Shown here in pieces: positions 62,107 through 64,000 of a DNA stretch of 64,000 nucleotides (the stretch's first letter is position 1; each line of letters starts with the position of its first letter). Source of the stretch: Nitrospirota bacterium. Its GTDB lineage: Bacteria; Nitrospirota; UBA9217. The notes beneath the pieces were generated by a model. It was not told where the DNA came from. It was given only the letters and a program-made list of their open reading frames with translations, and ran no database searches. Both the position numbers and the translations under genes were made by a program. The DNA lies in the NCBI GenBank assembly GCA_963796285.1, contig CAWCKW010000013.1, positions 416,001 through 480,000 of the forward strand, written 5' to 3'.

Positions 62107-63036
62107 ATGAAAAACTTCGACACCTCAGGCATAAAAACCTATTCAATCAAGGGCCGCGAAAGCAAGGTCCGGACCAGCGATTTCGCCAGGCCGCACAGGA
62201 AGGGCGCGAGCTTCAAGGATTTTTTCTTCTCACTGCCGAACATCCTCGCGTCCCGGCATTTCAAGGACGTCGTGGCCGCGATCGTCCAGGCGCGAAAGGA
62301 CAAGCGTCCCGTCATGCTCGGCATGGGCGCCCACGCGATCAAGGTCGGATTGAATCCCGTGATCATCGACCTGATGGAGCGTGGGATCATCACGAGCCTC
62401 TCGCTCAATGGCGCGGGCATCATCCACGACTTCGAACTTGCCCTGGTCGGCCGGACCTCGGAAGATGTTGATAAGGAGATCCTCACCGGCGCCTTCGGCA
62501 TGGCCGAGGAGACCGGCAATATGCTGAACAAGGCGATCAATGCGGCAGGCGCTGAGGAGGGTATCGGCGCTGCGATCGGCAGGATGATCCAGGACGGCGA
62601 TTTCCCGTACAAGGACATCAGCCTGCTCGCTGCAGGCCGCCGCCTGGGTGTCCCGGTGACGGTCCACGTTGCCATCGGGACCGACATCATCCACATGCAC
62701 CCGTCTTTTGACGGCAGGGCGACCGGCGAAGCCGCTCACCGCGACTTTCTGGCCTTCTGTTCAATCGTTTCCGGCATAGAGGGCGGTGTGTACGTCAATC
62801 TCGGCTCCGCTGTGCTGCTGCCTGAGATCTTCCTGAAGGCCGTGACCCTTTGCAGGAACCTCGGGCATTCGCTCCATCACTTCACCACCGTGAACATGGA
62901 CTTTGTCCAGCACTACCGCCCGAACACCAACGTGGTGCGCCGTCCAACCCAGGACGGCGGCAGGGGCTTCGCGCTTACCGGCCATCACGAGATCATGCTC
63001 CCCCTCCTTGCCGCGGCCATAATCGAAGAGTTATAG
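62107..63036 (+). CDS. Uncharacterised protein with deoxyhypusine-synthase-like motifs
   Basis: MGAHAIKVG, NGAGIIHDFE, VTVHVAIGTDIIH, GSAVLLPEIFLKA and GHHEIMLPLL. Confidence 0.75.
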   Translation: MKNFDTSGIKTYSIKGRESKVRTSDFARPHRKGASFKDFFFSLPNILASRHFKDVVAAIVQARKDKRPVMLGMGAHAIKVGLNPVIIDLMERGIITSLSLNGAGIIHDFELALVGRTSEDVDKEILTGAFGMAEETGNMLNKAINAAGAEEGIGAAIGRMIQDGDFPYKDISLLAAGRRLGVPVTVHVAIGTDIIHMHPSFDGRATGEAAHRDFLAFCSIVSGIEGGVYVNLGSAVLLPEIFLKAVTLCRNLGHSLHHFTTVNMDFVQHYRPNTNVVRRPTQDGGRGFALTGHHEIMLPLLAAAIIEEL

Positions 63037-63310
63037 CACAAACACCGACCTCGCCTTCATTGTTCCTTAGTATCCTTTTCCCATCATAAAGCAACCCACG
63101 TACCCATTTCACCTAATCAAGTAAAATTATTATGATCTCGTAAAAGACTGAACTAAAGAACTGCGGAGCACTGGGGGCAGGTCGGGAAAACGCATTCATT
63201 ACAAATGTTTTTCTCCGTCTATCAATATTGGCGTGGCGAACGTTGACACCCTGCCAATGCATTATATATATGATTATTAGGAAATTTTATGGTGTTTTCC
63301 GGGTTTTTTC

Positions 63311-63339
63311 TTGACAAAAAACAGGGGTTCCTGTAAATT
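63311..63339 (+). promoter_or_regulatory. Sigma70 promoter of atpB
   Basis: TTGACA-N17-TAAATT. Confidence 0.6.
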
Positions 63340-63374
63340 TTTTGTGTATTTTAGCGATTATCAAGGAGCGTGCG

Positions 63375-64000
63375 ATGAAAGAAGGACCACTTTTACTAAA
63401 CATACATACTCACCTTCCTGGTGTAACTAATCCTGAAACCTTAGAATCATGCCGGGCTGCTATTGCCTACTCGTGGCTCGCTATGGCGATAATTATAGGA
63501 CTTTCTTTAATTGCCCGCTTCTCGCTCAAGAAGACCGCTCCCAAAGGCGTCCAGAACCTTCTGGAAACCATTGTGGGCGGCCTGGAAAACTTCGTTGTGG
63601 ATATTATGGGGCCGGAAGGCAAACACTACCTGTCGCTCATTGGCTCCCTCTTCCTGTTCATCCTGGTGTGCAACCTCATGGGCCTTTTCCCAGGATTCGA
63701 TTCCCCGACCGCCAACATCAACACGACGCTCGCGCTCGCGCTTGTGGCTTTCACCGCAACCCATTATATCGGCCTCAAGAGACATGGCTTCGCGTATATC
63801 AAGCATTTCATGGGACCAATGTGGGCACTTGCGCCGCTCATGCTGCCCATCGAGCTGATCAGCCATTTCGCGCGCGTCATGTCGCTGACCTTCCGTCTCT
63901 TCGGCAACATGGTTGCGAAGCACAAGCTGCTGCTGGTGCTGGCCCTTCTGGCCCCGTACATCGCGCCAGTGCCGATCCTCGGCCTGGGCCTTTTGGTGGC
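63375..64000 (+). CDS. atpB: F0F1 ATP synthase subunit a (runs off the window end; absent from the ORF track)
   Basis: Manual translation: SD AAGGAG, PKGVQNLLE, NLMGLFPG..SPTANINTTLALA and PIELISHFARVMSLTFRLFGNM. Confidence 0.95.
   Translation, partial: MKEGPLLLNIHTHLPGVTNPETLESCRAAIAYSWLAMAIIIGLSLIARFSLKKTAPKGVQNLLETIVGGLENFVVDIMGPEGKHYLSLIGSLFLFILVCNLMGLFPGFDSPTANINTTLALALVAFTATHYIGLKRHGFAYIKHFMGPMWALAPLMLPIELISHFARVMSLTFRLFGNMVAKHKLLLVLALLAPYIAPVPILGLGLLV

Overview
A ~58-60% GC bacterial chromosome segment (GC estimated by eye). Gene content and intergenic repeat types suggest Nitrospirota or Desulfobacterota, probably a long-read MAG; this is inference. 1-2.4 kb is a plant-type threonine synthase/cystathionine gamma-synthase pair. 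2.6-31.5 kb is an accessory region: a VAO-flavoprotein/Fe-S/geranylgeranyl-reductase operon, an orphan integron cassette bounded by attC sites, many small redox and membrane genes, a GT-C-like membrane protein and an IS1202-family element. It holds about a dozen single-base frameshifts. 31.8-36 kb is an IorAB/XdhC/MocA molybdoenzyme cluster. 36-64 kb is mostly core: TPM pair, hrpB, panC, argGH, lysA-dapFAB-dsbC-dapL, folK, dpp permeases, rsmA, gmhA and the start of atpB. I found no CRISPR array, tRNA or rRNA. The most unusual signal is non-coding and has three tiers. First, protein-less hairpin elements built from short tandem repeats sit at many gene junctions. Second, some of them lie inside a ~200-bp MITE with 8-bp target duplications, whose core is inverted between copies. 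Third, their arms carry six copies of a ~31-nt bulged micro-hairpin, inserted site- and orientation-specifically with no target duplication. All alignments were done by eye; no database searches were run.
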